A stretch of 64,000 nt of DNA, from assembly GCA_963836075.1 (NCBI GenBank), contig CAWIIB010000001.1, positions 832,001 to 896,000 of the forward strand. The letters run 5' to 3'. The notes under the pieces are model-generated. The model saw nothing but the letters and a program-made list of their open reading frames with translations. It did no database searches and had not been told where the DNA came from. Positions 33,283 to 42,354 of this stretch are shown here, piece by piece. A program made the position numbers and the translations under genes. How positions within the stretch are numbered: position 1 is the first letter of the stretch; the number at the start of each line of letters is the position of its first letter. The DNA comes from an uncultured Acidobacteriota bacterium (GTDB lineage Bacteria; Acidobacteriota; JAQAZP01).

Positions 33283-34974
33283 ATGAATTTCACTCGGCAC
33301 CGGGTGTGCCTGCTGCTCGCCGCGGCTGTGACCGTGCTTTCCCTGCTGTCGCCTCCGGGTGCCACCGCGCAGAGCGGCGGCCGGGACCTGGCCCGGGCGT
33401 ATTTCGAGAGCGGGATGGATTTCATGCGTTCGGGCCGCCACCAGCAGGGCCTGGCCGACTTGCAGATCATCGTCGAATCGTATTCCCAGTCGCCATATGC
33501 CGACGACGCCCTGTTGCAGATCGGTATCCACAACCAGGAAACCCTGGGTGATCCGGCGAAGGCCCTCAAATACTACAACACGGTGATCCTGCGCTATGCG
33601 GACAGCGAGTCTGCGGCCGAGGCTTACGTGCGCAAGGGCCTGATCCTGCTCGAGGCCGGCGGCAGCCATGAGCGGCTGGCCGAGGCCTCGGCGGCCTTCG
33701 ACCGCGTGGTCCGATTTTATCCCGACAGCCCGGCGGTCTGCCGCTCGCTGGTCTACTCGGCCATGGCGCTCAAGCAGATGGGTGAACCAAAAGCGGCGCT
33801 CTCCCGTCTGCTGGATCTGCGGCTGATCCAGGGCGAATGCCCCGAAGCGGCCCGGGCCGACTGGGAGGCGGCCCTGCTGCTGATGGAAACCGGCTACCCC
33901 CTGGAGGCGATGAAACGTCTGCAGAACCTGCGCGACCGCCACCCGGACTCCGCCGAAGCGCCCCGGGCGCTGGAAGCACTGGCCCTGCTCTACCGGATGG
34001 AGATCCGGTCCAGGGAGGACGCGTCGGCACTCTACATTCCCGACCCGTCCTTCTCCCTCTCCGCCCCCGAAAAGTGGAAGAACCTGCGCAACCTGCGGGT
34101 GCTGACCGACGGCCGGCTGGTGGTTTCCGACCGGGGCCGCGACTCGATCTATATCTTTGACCGGCGGGGCCGGCTGATCGAAACCATGGAGCCCGGCCCG
34201 GTGGACCAGATCTGCGTCTGCCCCGGAGGAGATGTCCTGGTGGGCGCCGGCAAGCGCGCGGTCCGTCTGGCGGGCGGCCGAATCACTTTCCGCGCCCCGA
34301 AGAGCCTCAAGGACCGTGGTGTGTCCGGAGTGGTGGGCGGCTGGTCCCGGGGCCCCTGGAAAATGGCCGGCACACCTGCGGAACGCACCGAGGAGGATAA
34401 AGACAAGGACGAGGATGATGAGGATGACGAGGAGAAGGGGAAAGACGACGACCTGAAGGAACTGGAAGAACTCTCCCGGGTCGCGCTCCTCAGTTCGGGC
34501 ATTTTCCTGACCATCGACGGTGACCGGGACCGGGTGGACATCTTCCGGCCCCCGTCCTCGCCCGGTTCGGCGGCGGCCACCTTCCGGGACGCGGCGATCC
34601 AGAGTGTCCCCGACCCGGTATCCCTGGAAGTGGACCGGGAGAACCGGATTTTCCTCATCTCGGCCAAGGAGCGGGCGGTGGTGGTCTTCGACCGCAACGG
34701 CCGCGAAATCGAGCGGCTGGGCGGCCGGAAAACCGGGACCTTTGAAGAGCCGCTGGACATGGCCGTGGACGCGGCGGGCAACCTCTTCGTCCTCGACGGC
34801 AAGATGGAGCAGGTGTTGGTCTTCTCCCGGACTTTTGAACCGCTGTTCACCATTTCCCTGGACAGCGGGTCGCTGGGCGTGGACGTGAAAAAGGTCGTTT
34901 CCCTGTCCGTGGGCCCTGACGGTTCCCTCTACCTCCTGGACGCCGGTGCCCGGACGGTTCACCGGCTCAATTGA
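33283..34974 (+). CDS. Secreted TPR (BamD/CpoB-like) plus NHL beta-propeller protein
   Basis: Signal peptide, YSQSPYADDAL, YPDS, then FEEPLDMAVDAAGNLFVLD-type repeats. Confidence 0.85.
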   Translation: MNFTRHRVCLLLAAAVTVLSLLSPPGATAQSGGRDLARAYFESGMDFMRSGRHQQGLADLQIIVESYSQSPYADDALLQIGIHNQETLGDPAKALKYYNTVILRYADSESAAEAYVRKGLILLEAGGSHERLAEASAAFDRVVRFYPDSPAVCRSLVYSAMALKQMGEPKAALSRLLDLRLIQGECPEAARADWEAALLLMETGYPLEAMKRLQNLRDRHPDSAEAPRALEALALLYRMEIRSREDASALYIPDPSFSLSAPEKWKNLRNLRVLTDGRLVVSDRGRDSIYIFDRRGRLIETMEPGPVDQICVCPGGDVLVGAGKRAVRLAGGRITFRAPKSLKDRGVSGVVGGWSRGPWKMAGTPAERTEEDKDKDEDDEDDEEKGKDDDLKELEELSRVALLSSGIFLTIDGDRDRVDIFRPPSSPGSAAATFRDAAIQSVPDPVSLEVDRENRIFLISAKERAVVVFDRNGREIERLGGRKTGTFEEPLDMAVDAAGNLFVLDGKMEQVLVFSRTFEPLFTISLDSGSLGVDVKKVVSLSVGPDGSLYLLDAGARTVHRLN

Positions 34975-35009
34975 TCGGCCGCACGACGCTGAAGGAGATC
35001 GTTCATCAA

Positions 35010-37187
35010 ATGACACTACCCAAGCCACAGCGAACTCTGCTGGCCGTGCTGCTTCTGCTGGCCTCGATGCTCTGCCCGCCCCTTGCGGCCCAGGTCACCG
35101 GGAGCGACCTGCCATCTTACAGCATGGCCGACGTGGACCGTCTGCTCCAGGCCTCCCTGGCCCTGTTCCATTCCAGCCGCCAGGAGGAGTCGATCCCCGG
35201 GTTCAGCGATATCCTTGACACCGTGCGGCTGAGCACTTCGGTGGAGGAACTCACCGCCGCCGAGCGGCGGCTGCTGACCACCTGTTACGAGCACCGGGCG
35301 CGGGCCCTGTTCAACCAGGGATATTCTGTGGAAGCGGGCCACGACCTGCGCAGCCTGCTCTCCCTGGAACCAGGGTTTCAGCTGGACCCGGACCAGGTCT
35401 CGCCAAAGATCATCCAGCTCTTCAACTCGGTCCGCGACGATCTCATCGGGTCGGTGATGGTCAGCGCCATCCCCCCGCTGTCGGCCCTGGTCATCGACGG
35501 TGTCGAACAGGGAGTCACCGACAGCGCAGCAGTATACCTGTTCGCCGGCAACCACCGGGTGGAAGTGCGGCGGCCGGGCTACGACGCCTATCAGCAGCTG
35601 GTGGACGTTCCCGCCGGGCAGCAGCTGGTGCTGGGACCGGTGGAACTGGTGCGCACCATGGCCACCTGCCGCTTCATCACCGTGCCGGCCGGCGTCTCGG
35701 TGTACATCGACGGCGAACTGGCCGGGGTCACCGGTGACCGCCCCTCCGCCGAGGCACGCCAGGCAGCGCGGGAAGCCGACTGCAACCCGCTGGACATCTC
35801 CGAATTTCTCCTGGTGCCCGACATCGCCCCCGGAACACACCAGGTGGAGTTCCGCAAACCGTGCCGGGTGACCATTGCCAAGGAACTGAATTTCGGCCAG
35901 CCCATCGATTACGTGGACAGCGTCCGGCGACTGGCCCCCAGCGAGGGCACCATCGCCGTGCGCGCCATACCTCCCGGATGCACCATCTTCCTCAACGGCG
36001 ACGAGGTGGGCACCGGCGACCAGCTGCTGGAACGGATCTGCACCGGTGAGCACCGGATAGACGCCGCCTTTCGCGGCGGACGGTTCAGCACCACGGTGAT
36101 GGTGAACAACGGCGACCGGGTGGAGGTGACCACCGTGCTGCGCCCCACACTGGCCTTTGCCGGTGTCTTCCCCCGGCTGGGCCTGGGGAGCGGAGCGGGA
36201 GAGGACCTGGCCCGGGTGCGCGAAGGTCTGGCCGGGGTGAGCAGTCTCAACCTGAAGTTTCCCGGGGAAACCGAGGTGGACACGCTGTTCCAGCGCTTCG
36301 GCCTGAACCCTGCCCAGACCCCCCCCGCAGAACTGCCCGTTGAACTGCTGGCGGCTCTGGGTCGCACCCTGGAGTGCAATCTCGTGCTGCTGGCGGTGCG
36401 CGAGGGCATCGAACGTGAGCTGCGGCTCTACAGCACCTTGCACCCCGTCCCGGAACGGATCCCGGTGGCCGAGGGTGGCCTGCGCTCGGCCCTGCCGAAG
36501 TTCTCCGCCCTGCTGGACGCCGCACCTCAGCTGAGCCGGCCCTGGACCGGCCTGCTGGTGGCCGACGTGCCGTTGGCCATCGGCTTCCCGGTGATCGGGG
36601 TCACCCCCGGTTCGCCGGCCGCGGACGCCGGCATCCATTTGGGTGACGTGGTTTCCAGCGTAGAGGGCAACCGCCTCACCGGCGCGTCCATGCTCCGCCA
36701 GGCTGCGGATGCAGCCGGAGAAGGCGGCAGCCTGGCCATCCAGCTGAACCGGGACGGCCGCCTGTCCCAGGTCACGCTCCTGGTGGGACGCACCCCGGTG
36801 CTCCTGCCCATCAACTCGAATAATTTTCTCTACAACCGGATGCTGGAATCCCTCTCCTCCCGGCTCAACACCACCGAACCCGGTGGTGACGAAGCAGCGG
36901 AGATCCGGCTCAACATCGCCGTCTGCCTGCTCCGTTTCGGGCAGCCGGAACGGGCCGCCGGCTTCCTCGAGGCAGCGTCCACCACGCGGACGGCGGGCAT
37001 CTCCCAGGGCACGATCTCCTACTACCTGGCCCGCTGCGCGGCGGAGATCGGACGGATCGACCGGGCGGAGCAGCTCTACGCCGAGGTGCTCAACAACCCG
37101 GAGAGCACGCTGGTGGACCACGAGGGGCCGCCGGCCTGGATCGCGGTGACCGGGCTGTTCAGCAACCGCGGCGCCGCGGGGCACTAG
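35010..37187 (+). CDS. Secreted TPR-PEGA-PDZ-TPR protein
   Basis: Signal peptide, SPKI..LF, PEGA repeats, PDZ motif VTPGSPAADAGIHLGDVV. Confidence 0.85.
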   Translation: MTLPKPQRTLLAVLLLLASMLCPPLAAQVTGSDLPSYSMADVDRLLQASLALFHSSRQEESIPGFSDILDTVRLSTSVEELTAAERRLLTTCYEHRARALFNQGYSVEAGHDLRSLLSLEPGFQLDPDQVSPKIIQLFNSVRDDLIGSVMVSAIPPLSALVIDGVEQGVTDSAAVYLFAGNHRVEVRRPGYDAYQQLVDVPAGQQLVLGPVELVRTMATCRFITVPAGVSVYIDGELAGVTGDRPSAEARQAAREADCNPLDISEFLLVPDIAPGTHQVEFRKPCRVTIAKELNFGQPIDYVDSVRRLAPSEGTIAVRAIPPGCTIFLNGDEVGTGDQLLERICTGEHRIDAAFRGGRFSTTVMVNNGDRVEVTTVLRPTLAFAGVFPRLGLGSGAGEDLARVREGLAGVSSLNLKFPGETEVDTLFQRFGLNPAQTPPAELPVELLAALGRTLECNLVLLAVREGIERELRLYSTLHPVPERIPVAEGGLRSALPKFSALLDAAPQLSRPWTGLLVADVPLAIGFPVIGVTPGSPAADAGIHLGDVVSSVEGNRLTGASMLRQAADAAGEGGSLAIQLNRDGRLSQVTLLVGRTPVLLPINSNNFLYNRMLESLSSRLNTTEPGGDEAAEIRLNIAVCLLRFGQPERAAGFLEAASTTRTAGISQGTISYYLARCAAEIGRIDRAEQLYAEVLNNPESTLVDHEGPPAWIAVTGLFSNRGAAGH

Positions 37188-37227
37188 CGTCGATGACAAG
37201 CCACAGCGCTGAAGAGATCCCTGAACG

Positions 37228-37291
37228 CATTGGCCGCTACCTGGCCCGGTCGCGAAACGCTCCGACGTCGCTCAGACGCAACGGTCCGATG
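37228..37291. repeat. Dispersed intergenic hairpin element, copy 2
   Basis: Same core as 6441-6471, enclosed by CATTGGCCGCTACCTG...CAGACGCAACGGTCCGATG. Confidence 0.7.
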
Positions 37292-37323
37292 AACAGTCGT
37301 CCCCTATCTTCTGCTGGGTGGGA

Positions 37324-38094
37324 TCAGTTGGTGAAACGGACGAGGATGACCGAGATATTGTCCTTGCCGCCGTTCCGGTTGGAGGCTTCCACCAGATCGC
37401 GGCCGACCGCTTCCGCCCCGCGCTCGGCCACCCCGGCCAGCAGTCCGGCGATCTGATCATCATCGAGCATCCCGGTGAGGCCGTCGGAACAGAGCAGGTA
37501 GCAGTCCCCTTCCTCGATACTGTCGCTGCGGACGTCCACCTGGAGATTTTTATCGCTGCCCAGGGCCCTGGTCACCACGTTGCGGAAAGGGTGAATCCTG
37601 GCCTGCTGCTCGGTGAGCATGCCCTCCTGCATCTGCTCGTTGACCCAGGAGTGGTCGTTGGTCAGCAATTCCATTTCGTCGCGGCGGAAGCGGTAAACCC
37701 GGCTGTCCCCCACACTGCCGATGGTGGAGCGGTCTTCAGTGATCAGCAGGGAGACCATGGTGGCTCCCATGCCCTGGTAGCGGCTCTCCTCCTCCACCGC
37801 ATCCCTGATCCGGTTGTTGGCCAACCGGATGGCCGTCTGCAACCGGTTTCCGTCGTAGGACAGGTTCTCGTCGTAGGCGTAGGGCCAGGTCAGTTCGCGG
37901 TCCCGGCGGGTGTGGATGATGAACTCGTTCACCGCATCGACGGCGATACCGGATGCGACGTCCCCGGCGGCATGACCACCCATGCCGTCGGCCACCAGAA
38001 AGAGCTGGTCCTCTTCGTTGAGATGGATCCGGTCTTCGTTTTCTTCCCGGACCAGGCCCTTGTGGGTCAGTCCAAACGCTTCCACACTGCTCAC
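37324..38094 (-). CDS. PP2C/Stp1 family Ser/Thr phosphatase
   Basis: REENED, VADGMGGHAAG, VGDSRVY, TNDHS, CSDGL, DNISV. Confidence 0.95.
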   Translation of the reverse strand: MSSVEAFGLTHKGLVREENEDRIHLNEEDQLFLVADGMGGHAAGDVASGIAVDAVNEFIIHTRRDRELTWPYAYDENLSYDGNRLQTAIRLANNRIRDAVEEESRYQGMGATMVSLLITEDRSTIGSVGDSRVYRFRRDEMELLTNDHSWVNEQMQEGMLTEQQARIHPFRNVVTRALGSDKNLQVDVRSDSIEEGDCYLLCSDGLTGMLDDDQIAGLLAGVAERGAEAVGRDLVEASNRNGGKDNISVILVRFTN

Positions 38095-38141
38095 ACCGAA
38101 ATCTCCTTGAAGAGGCTGATCGTCCGGTCAAAGCCCATATC

Positions 38142-39179
38142 TTATCCCTTCGCGAGCTTTTTGGCCAGCTTCCGCTTGCCGGCCTTGCGGATCACTTCGG
38201 GAACGTCACGGTTGCGGCTGAGAATGCGCAGGTCCAGCGGAGTCAGCCGGTTGAGGAACTTCAACGATACCGCGATGGGTGTTCGCGGGTTCTGGACCAG
38301 GTTGACCACCAGCGAGTAGCGACGGGTCCACTCCCGTTTGATGGCCACGTAGCGCAGCACGTCCTCGTGCACATTACGCAGCTGGACGATGGCGTCGACT
38401 TCGGAATCGGTGATTTTCGGGCTGCGCACCGCAGCGGTGCAGATCAGGCGGTTGGGGCTCTTCACCAGGTGCATCCGCTCTTCCCGGGATCCGATCTTGG
38501 CCAGCCGAATCCTGCCCGTGATGTCCAGCCGGGTCATTTTCTGCAACATGGTTTCCTTCCGCTCCGGCCCCTCCGGCGGCAGATCCTCGGTCTGCGAAAC
38601 GGCCATTTCCACCGGGAGGTCCGGCACCTCGGGCACAGGTGGTTCCTCGGCCGGCAACGCGACCGGCGGGGCAGCATCGGGCGCAGGTGTTTCCTTCTTC
38701 TCGAAAAAATCGAATTTCAGCTCGTTCACCCGGCCCCGGATGTGTGCGTTGAGGGCCGGGTTCTGCAGCAGCGCCTCGAGAATGCCGGGCTCGCGGATGA
38801 TACGGACCTGGTTGATCACGATCAGTTCCATCAGATCCACCGGCGCCGTTCGGGCAAGGTCGAGGATGGCCTGGTCCGGTGTTGCGGGATTGAGGATCAC
38901 CGCTTCCAGGGGGCCCGAACGGCCCTCGCAGGACCGGGAATAGAACTGCAGCAGCTCCGGCGCCCAGCCGTCTTCATGGAGCGCCGCCTCCAGAATGTTG
39001 TCCGGCAGTTCCTTGATCGATTTGGCGGCAGCGGAGCAGATCTCGTCATCGTCATCTGAGGAGAGCAGGTGCAGCGCTTGCACCAGGTCGGCGGCCTCCA
39101 TGGGCAGCAGCCCGCGGGCCGTGGAGATCCTCACCTCCCGGGAAGCGGTAGCGGCACGAATTTCGGCTAAAACGTCCAT
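38142..39179 (-). CDS. Conserved hypothetical helical protein
   Basis: ILNPATPD, LLQNP, IAIKREW-like segment VAIKREWTRRYSLVVNLVQNPRTP. Confidence 0.8.
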   Translation of the reverse strand: MDVLAEIRAATASREVRISTARGLLPMEAADLVQALHLLSSDDDDEICSAAAKSIKELPDNILEAALHEDGWAPELLQFYSRSCEGRSGPLEAVILNPATPDQAILDLARTAPVDLMELIVINQVRIIREPGILEALLQNPALNAHIRGRVNELKFDFFEKKETPAPDAAPPVALPAEEPPVPEVPDLPVEMAVSQTEDLPPEGPERKETMLQKMTRLDITGRIRLAKIGSREERMHLVKSPNRLICTAAVRSPKITDSEVDAIVQLRNVHEDVLRYVAIKREWTRRYSLVVNLVQNPRTPIAVSLKFLNRLTPLDLRILSRNRDVPEVIRKAGKRKLAKKLAKG

Positions 39180-39260
39180 CGCTGCCTGTTGTCATTGGAG
39201 TGTCGGCGGAGACACGGCCTTTCAGGGGATAGAAACCGGGGAGGATCGCGAACAGCGGGC

Positions 39261-39653
39261 TCAGCGGCCGAAGAAATACCACGATGCCGCCAGCGCCGCC
39301 GCAACCACCACCAGCGCCACGGTGATCCAGACCGCCCTCCGGCCTGACGAGTGTCGAACCGACCCCGCCAGGGAACCCAGATCCGTTTCCTCCCCGTTCT
39401 CCGCCTCGAGCTGCTGCATGTGGAAGAGGTAGTTGTTCACCATCTCGTCATCGTCGACGCCGATATACTTGGCGTAGGCCCGGATGAAACCGACGTTGAA
39501 CACCCCGCCGGGGAGCAGGTCAAACTGGTTCTCCTCGATGGCGTGAAGGAACTTCATGCTGATCTTGGTCGCCTCGGAGATCTCCTGCAACGACACTTCC
39601 CGCAGTTCCCTCTCCCTGCGCAGATCACCACCGAATGAAGAACCATCGGTCAT
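39261..39653 (-). CDS. RodZ-like HTH plus TM protein lacking the periplasmic domain
   Basis: FGGDLRRERELREVSL.EIS..TKI...L.AIE...LPGGVFNVGFIRAYAKY, single C-terminal TM helix. Confidence 0.85.
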   Translation of the reverse strand: MTDGSSFGGDLRRERELREVSLQEISEATKISMKFLHAIEENQFDLLPGGVFNVGFIRAYAKYIGVDDDEMVNNYLFHMQQLEAENGEETDLGSLAGSVRHSSGRRAVWITVALVVVAAALAASWYFFGR

Positions 39654-39733
39654 GGCCATTCCTCCACACCCCGTCAATCTGCAGGGCTGCACGCCAACTA
39701 CATGAGGATAAACATCGAACATATATCGCCAGC

Positions 39734-39763
39734 ATTGTAGAAAATGGGAGCAAGGGCTGTCAA
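39734..39763 (-). promoter_or_regulatory. Sigma70 promoter for the RodZ-like/hypothetical/PP2C operon
   Basis: TTGACA-N18-TACAAT on the minus strand. Confidence 0.7.
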
Positions 39764-39865
39764 ACAGGGGCCGGCGGCGGTTTGACCTCCACCGATGGCA
39801 TCTGGTAGGTTCGTCACACCCTGGGGCCGGAGCGGCCCGGCCGGATTGCTTTTGAAGAAACGGAA

Positions 39866-41830
39866 ATGATGGCCCGCACCAACACTCATGCATCCACCGC
39901 CAGCGGTGACGGCGGGACAGACCAGGATTTCGGCCGGCGGACCTATCTCCTTGTCCTGCTGGTCATCATCCTCCTCGCCCTGGCCCTGCGGGTGGGCTAT
40001 ATACTGGAGGTCCGCCACCAGCCGTATTTCTCCGCCCCGGAGACCGATGCCGCCTACTACGACGACTGGGCCCGCAACCTGGCCCAGGGCCGGCCGGGCG
40101 AAGTGCCGTTCTTCCGGGTACCGTTCTACCCGCTGCTGCTGGGGGCCTGCTACCGCCTCTTCGGCGGCGGCTACCTGGTGCCGCGGCTGCTCCAGGCCCT
40201 CTTTTCGGCGCTGACCATCCTCCTGCTGGCGGAGCTGGCCCGCCGGATGGCCGGACGCCGCACCGCACTGCTGGCAGCGGCACTACTGGCGCTCCACGGG
40301 CTGTCGATCTACTTCTCCGGCGAGCTGTTGCTCACCACACTGGTCGTCGCCCTCGACCTGGGTTTCCTGCTGGCCTTCCTGGCCGCCGAAGAAGGCCGGC
40401 CGAAACTGCACCTGCTCAGCGGGCTGCTGCTGGGCCTCTCGGTGATCACCCGGCCCAGCGTATTGCTGGCCGCCCCGCTGGGGTTCCTCTGGATCCTGCT
40501 CCGCAAGCACGATCCGAAATCGTCCGCGGCGCCGGCCGCCCTCTTTTTTCTGGGGGTCGTCCTCCCCATCCTCCCGGTGACCCTGACCAACCTGCTGGCC
40601 GGAGGAGAGGCGGTGCTGCTGGCCACCCAGGGCGGGGTGAACTTCTACATCGGCAACAACGCCGAGGCCACCGGGGCCCACGCCACCCTCCCGGGCGCCG
40701 GTCCCGCCTGGCAGCGGGAGGATGCCCGGGCCCTGGCCGAGAGGGAGGCCGGCCGCCGGCTCAGCGCGGCCGAGGAGTCCTCCTTCTACTACCGCAAGGG
40801 CCTCGAGTTCGTCCACGGCAGCCCGGGAAGCTGGCTGGCCCTGATGGCCAGGAAGACCGCCCTCTTCTGGAACCGTGCCGAGACCGGCAGCAACCGCGAC
40901 TACGCCTTTGCCGCCCGGGATTCGCTGATCCTCCGTCTCACTCTGCCGCTGGGCTTCGCGCTCATCGGGCCCCTGGGTCTTGCCGGGATGGTGGCCCTCC
41001 GGCGAGGGGACCGCTCACGGGAACCGCTGCTCTTCCTCGCCCTCTTCACCCTGGTCTACATGGCCGGCGTGGTGATTTTCTTCGTCAATGCCAGGTTTCG
41101 TATGCCGGTGGTCCCGCTGCTGATCCTCTTCGCCTCGATCTTCATCCTGCAGGTGGTGAACCAGCTGCGCCGGCGCCGCTTTCCCTACCGGGCCGCCGCA
41201 CTGCTGGCCGCCGCCGTGCTGGTCACCTGGTGGCCGCTGGGGGTGGCGGCGAGCAATCCCGCCTTCGGTCACTTCCACAACGGCAACGCCCACCTCGAAC
41301 AGGGGAATCTCAGCGAGGCGCGGGCTGCCTTTACCCGGGCCCTGGCGGAGAGCCCCGGGTATCCCCAGGCCCAGCTCAACATCGGCTTCACCTACTTCCG
41401 CGAAGGGAATCTCGAACAGGCGGCTGCCGCGTTCCGCGAGGAGTTGCGGCTCCACCCGGACAGCGAGAAGGCGATGTACAACCTCGGTGTGCTGAGCCGC
41501 GACAGCGGTGACCGAGCCGGGGCCGTGAGGTGGCTTCGCCGGGCAGTGGAGCAAAAACCGTGGTTCAGTGAAGCCCGCACCACCCTGGCCGCGCTGCTGG
41601 CCAGCCAGGGGGCGGCCGAAGCGGGCCAGGGACAGATCCAGCAGGCCCTGGCACTCTTTGGTGAAGCGGTGGAACTGGACGGTTCGCGGCCGATCTACCG
41701 CTACAACTACGCCCTGGCCCTGGGTCAGAGCGGGCGGGAGAACGAAGCACTGGAACAGTTGCGAAAAGCCCTGGAGATCGACCCCGGTTTCGAACCGGCC
41801 CGACAGATGCTGGAAGCCAGGGGCCGATAG
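39866..41830 (+). CDS. GT-C (PMT/ArnT-like) glycosyltransferase with C-terminal TPRs
   Basis: DAAYYDDWA, PFYP, GGVNFYIGNN, ARFRMPVVP, then TPRs. Confidence 0.85.
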   Translation: MMARTNTHASTASGDGGTDQDFGRRTYLLVLLVIILLALALRVGYILEVRHQPYFSAPETDAAYYDDWARNLAQGRPGEVPFFRVPFYPLLLGACYRLFGGGYLVPRLLQALFSALTILLLAELARRMAGRRTALLAAALLALHGLSIYFSGELLLTTLVVALDLGFLLAFLAAEEGRPKLHLLSGLLLGLSVITRPSVLLAAPLGFLWILLRKHDPKSSAAPAALFFLGVVLPILPVTLTNLLAGGEAVLLATQGGVNFYIGNNAEATGAHATLPGAGPAWQREDARALAEREAGRRLSAAEESSFYYRKGLEFVHGSPGSWLALMARKTALFWNRAETGSNRDYAFAARDSLILRLTLPLGFALIGPLGLAGMVALRRGDRSREPLLFLALFTLVYMAGVVIFFVNARFRMPVVPLLILFASIFILQVVNQLRRRRFPYRAAALLAAAVLVTWWPLGVAASNPAFGHFHNGNAHLEQGNLSEARAAFTRALAESPGYPQAQLNIGFTYFREGNLEQAAAAFREELRLHPDSEKAMYNLGVLSRDSGDRAGAVRWLRRAVEQKPWFSEARTTLAALLASQGAAEAGQGQIQQALALFGEAVELDGSRPIYRYNYALALGQSGRENEALEQLRKALEIDPGFEPARQMLEARGR

Positions 41831-41954
41831 GAGCCCTGGGTAACCTGCTTCAAAGAATCCCCCCCCAACTCCAATTAGTTCTTGCTATTTTCACGAAAAG
41901 GCATTATGTATGAAAGCATACGTGCGCCGGGGCCACCCTACCCCCGCGCTCGAC

Positions 41955-41971
41955 TGTCTGTATAATCTACA
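41955..41971 (+). promoter_or_regulatory. Enhancer-like TGT-N11-ACA box
   Basis: TGTCTGTATAATCTACA, 11/17 identical to the box upstream of the M64 gene. Confidence 0.5.
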
Positions 41972-42354
41972 ACAAAAGAGATTTACCGCCCTGCCAGTGG
42001 CGACGTGGCGTACTCTTCCTCTGTGTGCCCGTTCTTCGCTGTATGGGCATCATTTTTCCATGTCCAGCATGTCAAACCGCTAATTCCATAAGGAGTTTCC
42101 TGTGTTGCTGATGATATGGAAAACAGCATTGCCGGACATAAATACTGATTACGGCCTCTGTTTTCACAGGCACGAAACAGGAAGTTCTGTATTGAATCGG
42201 CAACGGCCCTGGTCGTGATGACCGGGGCCAGGGTTTCTGTCTCGGAGGTATGGAGAAAAATACGCCTCCACGAGTCCTGCTCATGGATGAAGGGGATCTG
42301 TGCAAGATGTCACCTGGCCCGCTCGCGGGCCGCAACAAAGTGGAGATTGCTGAT

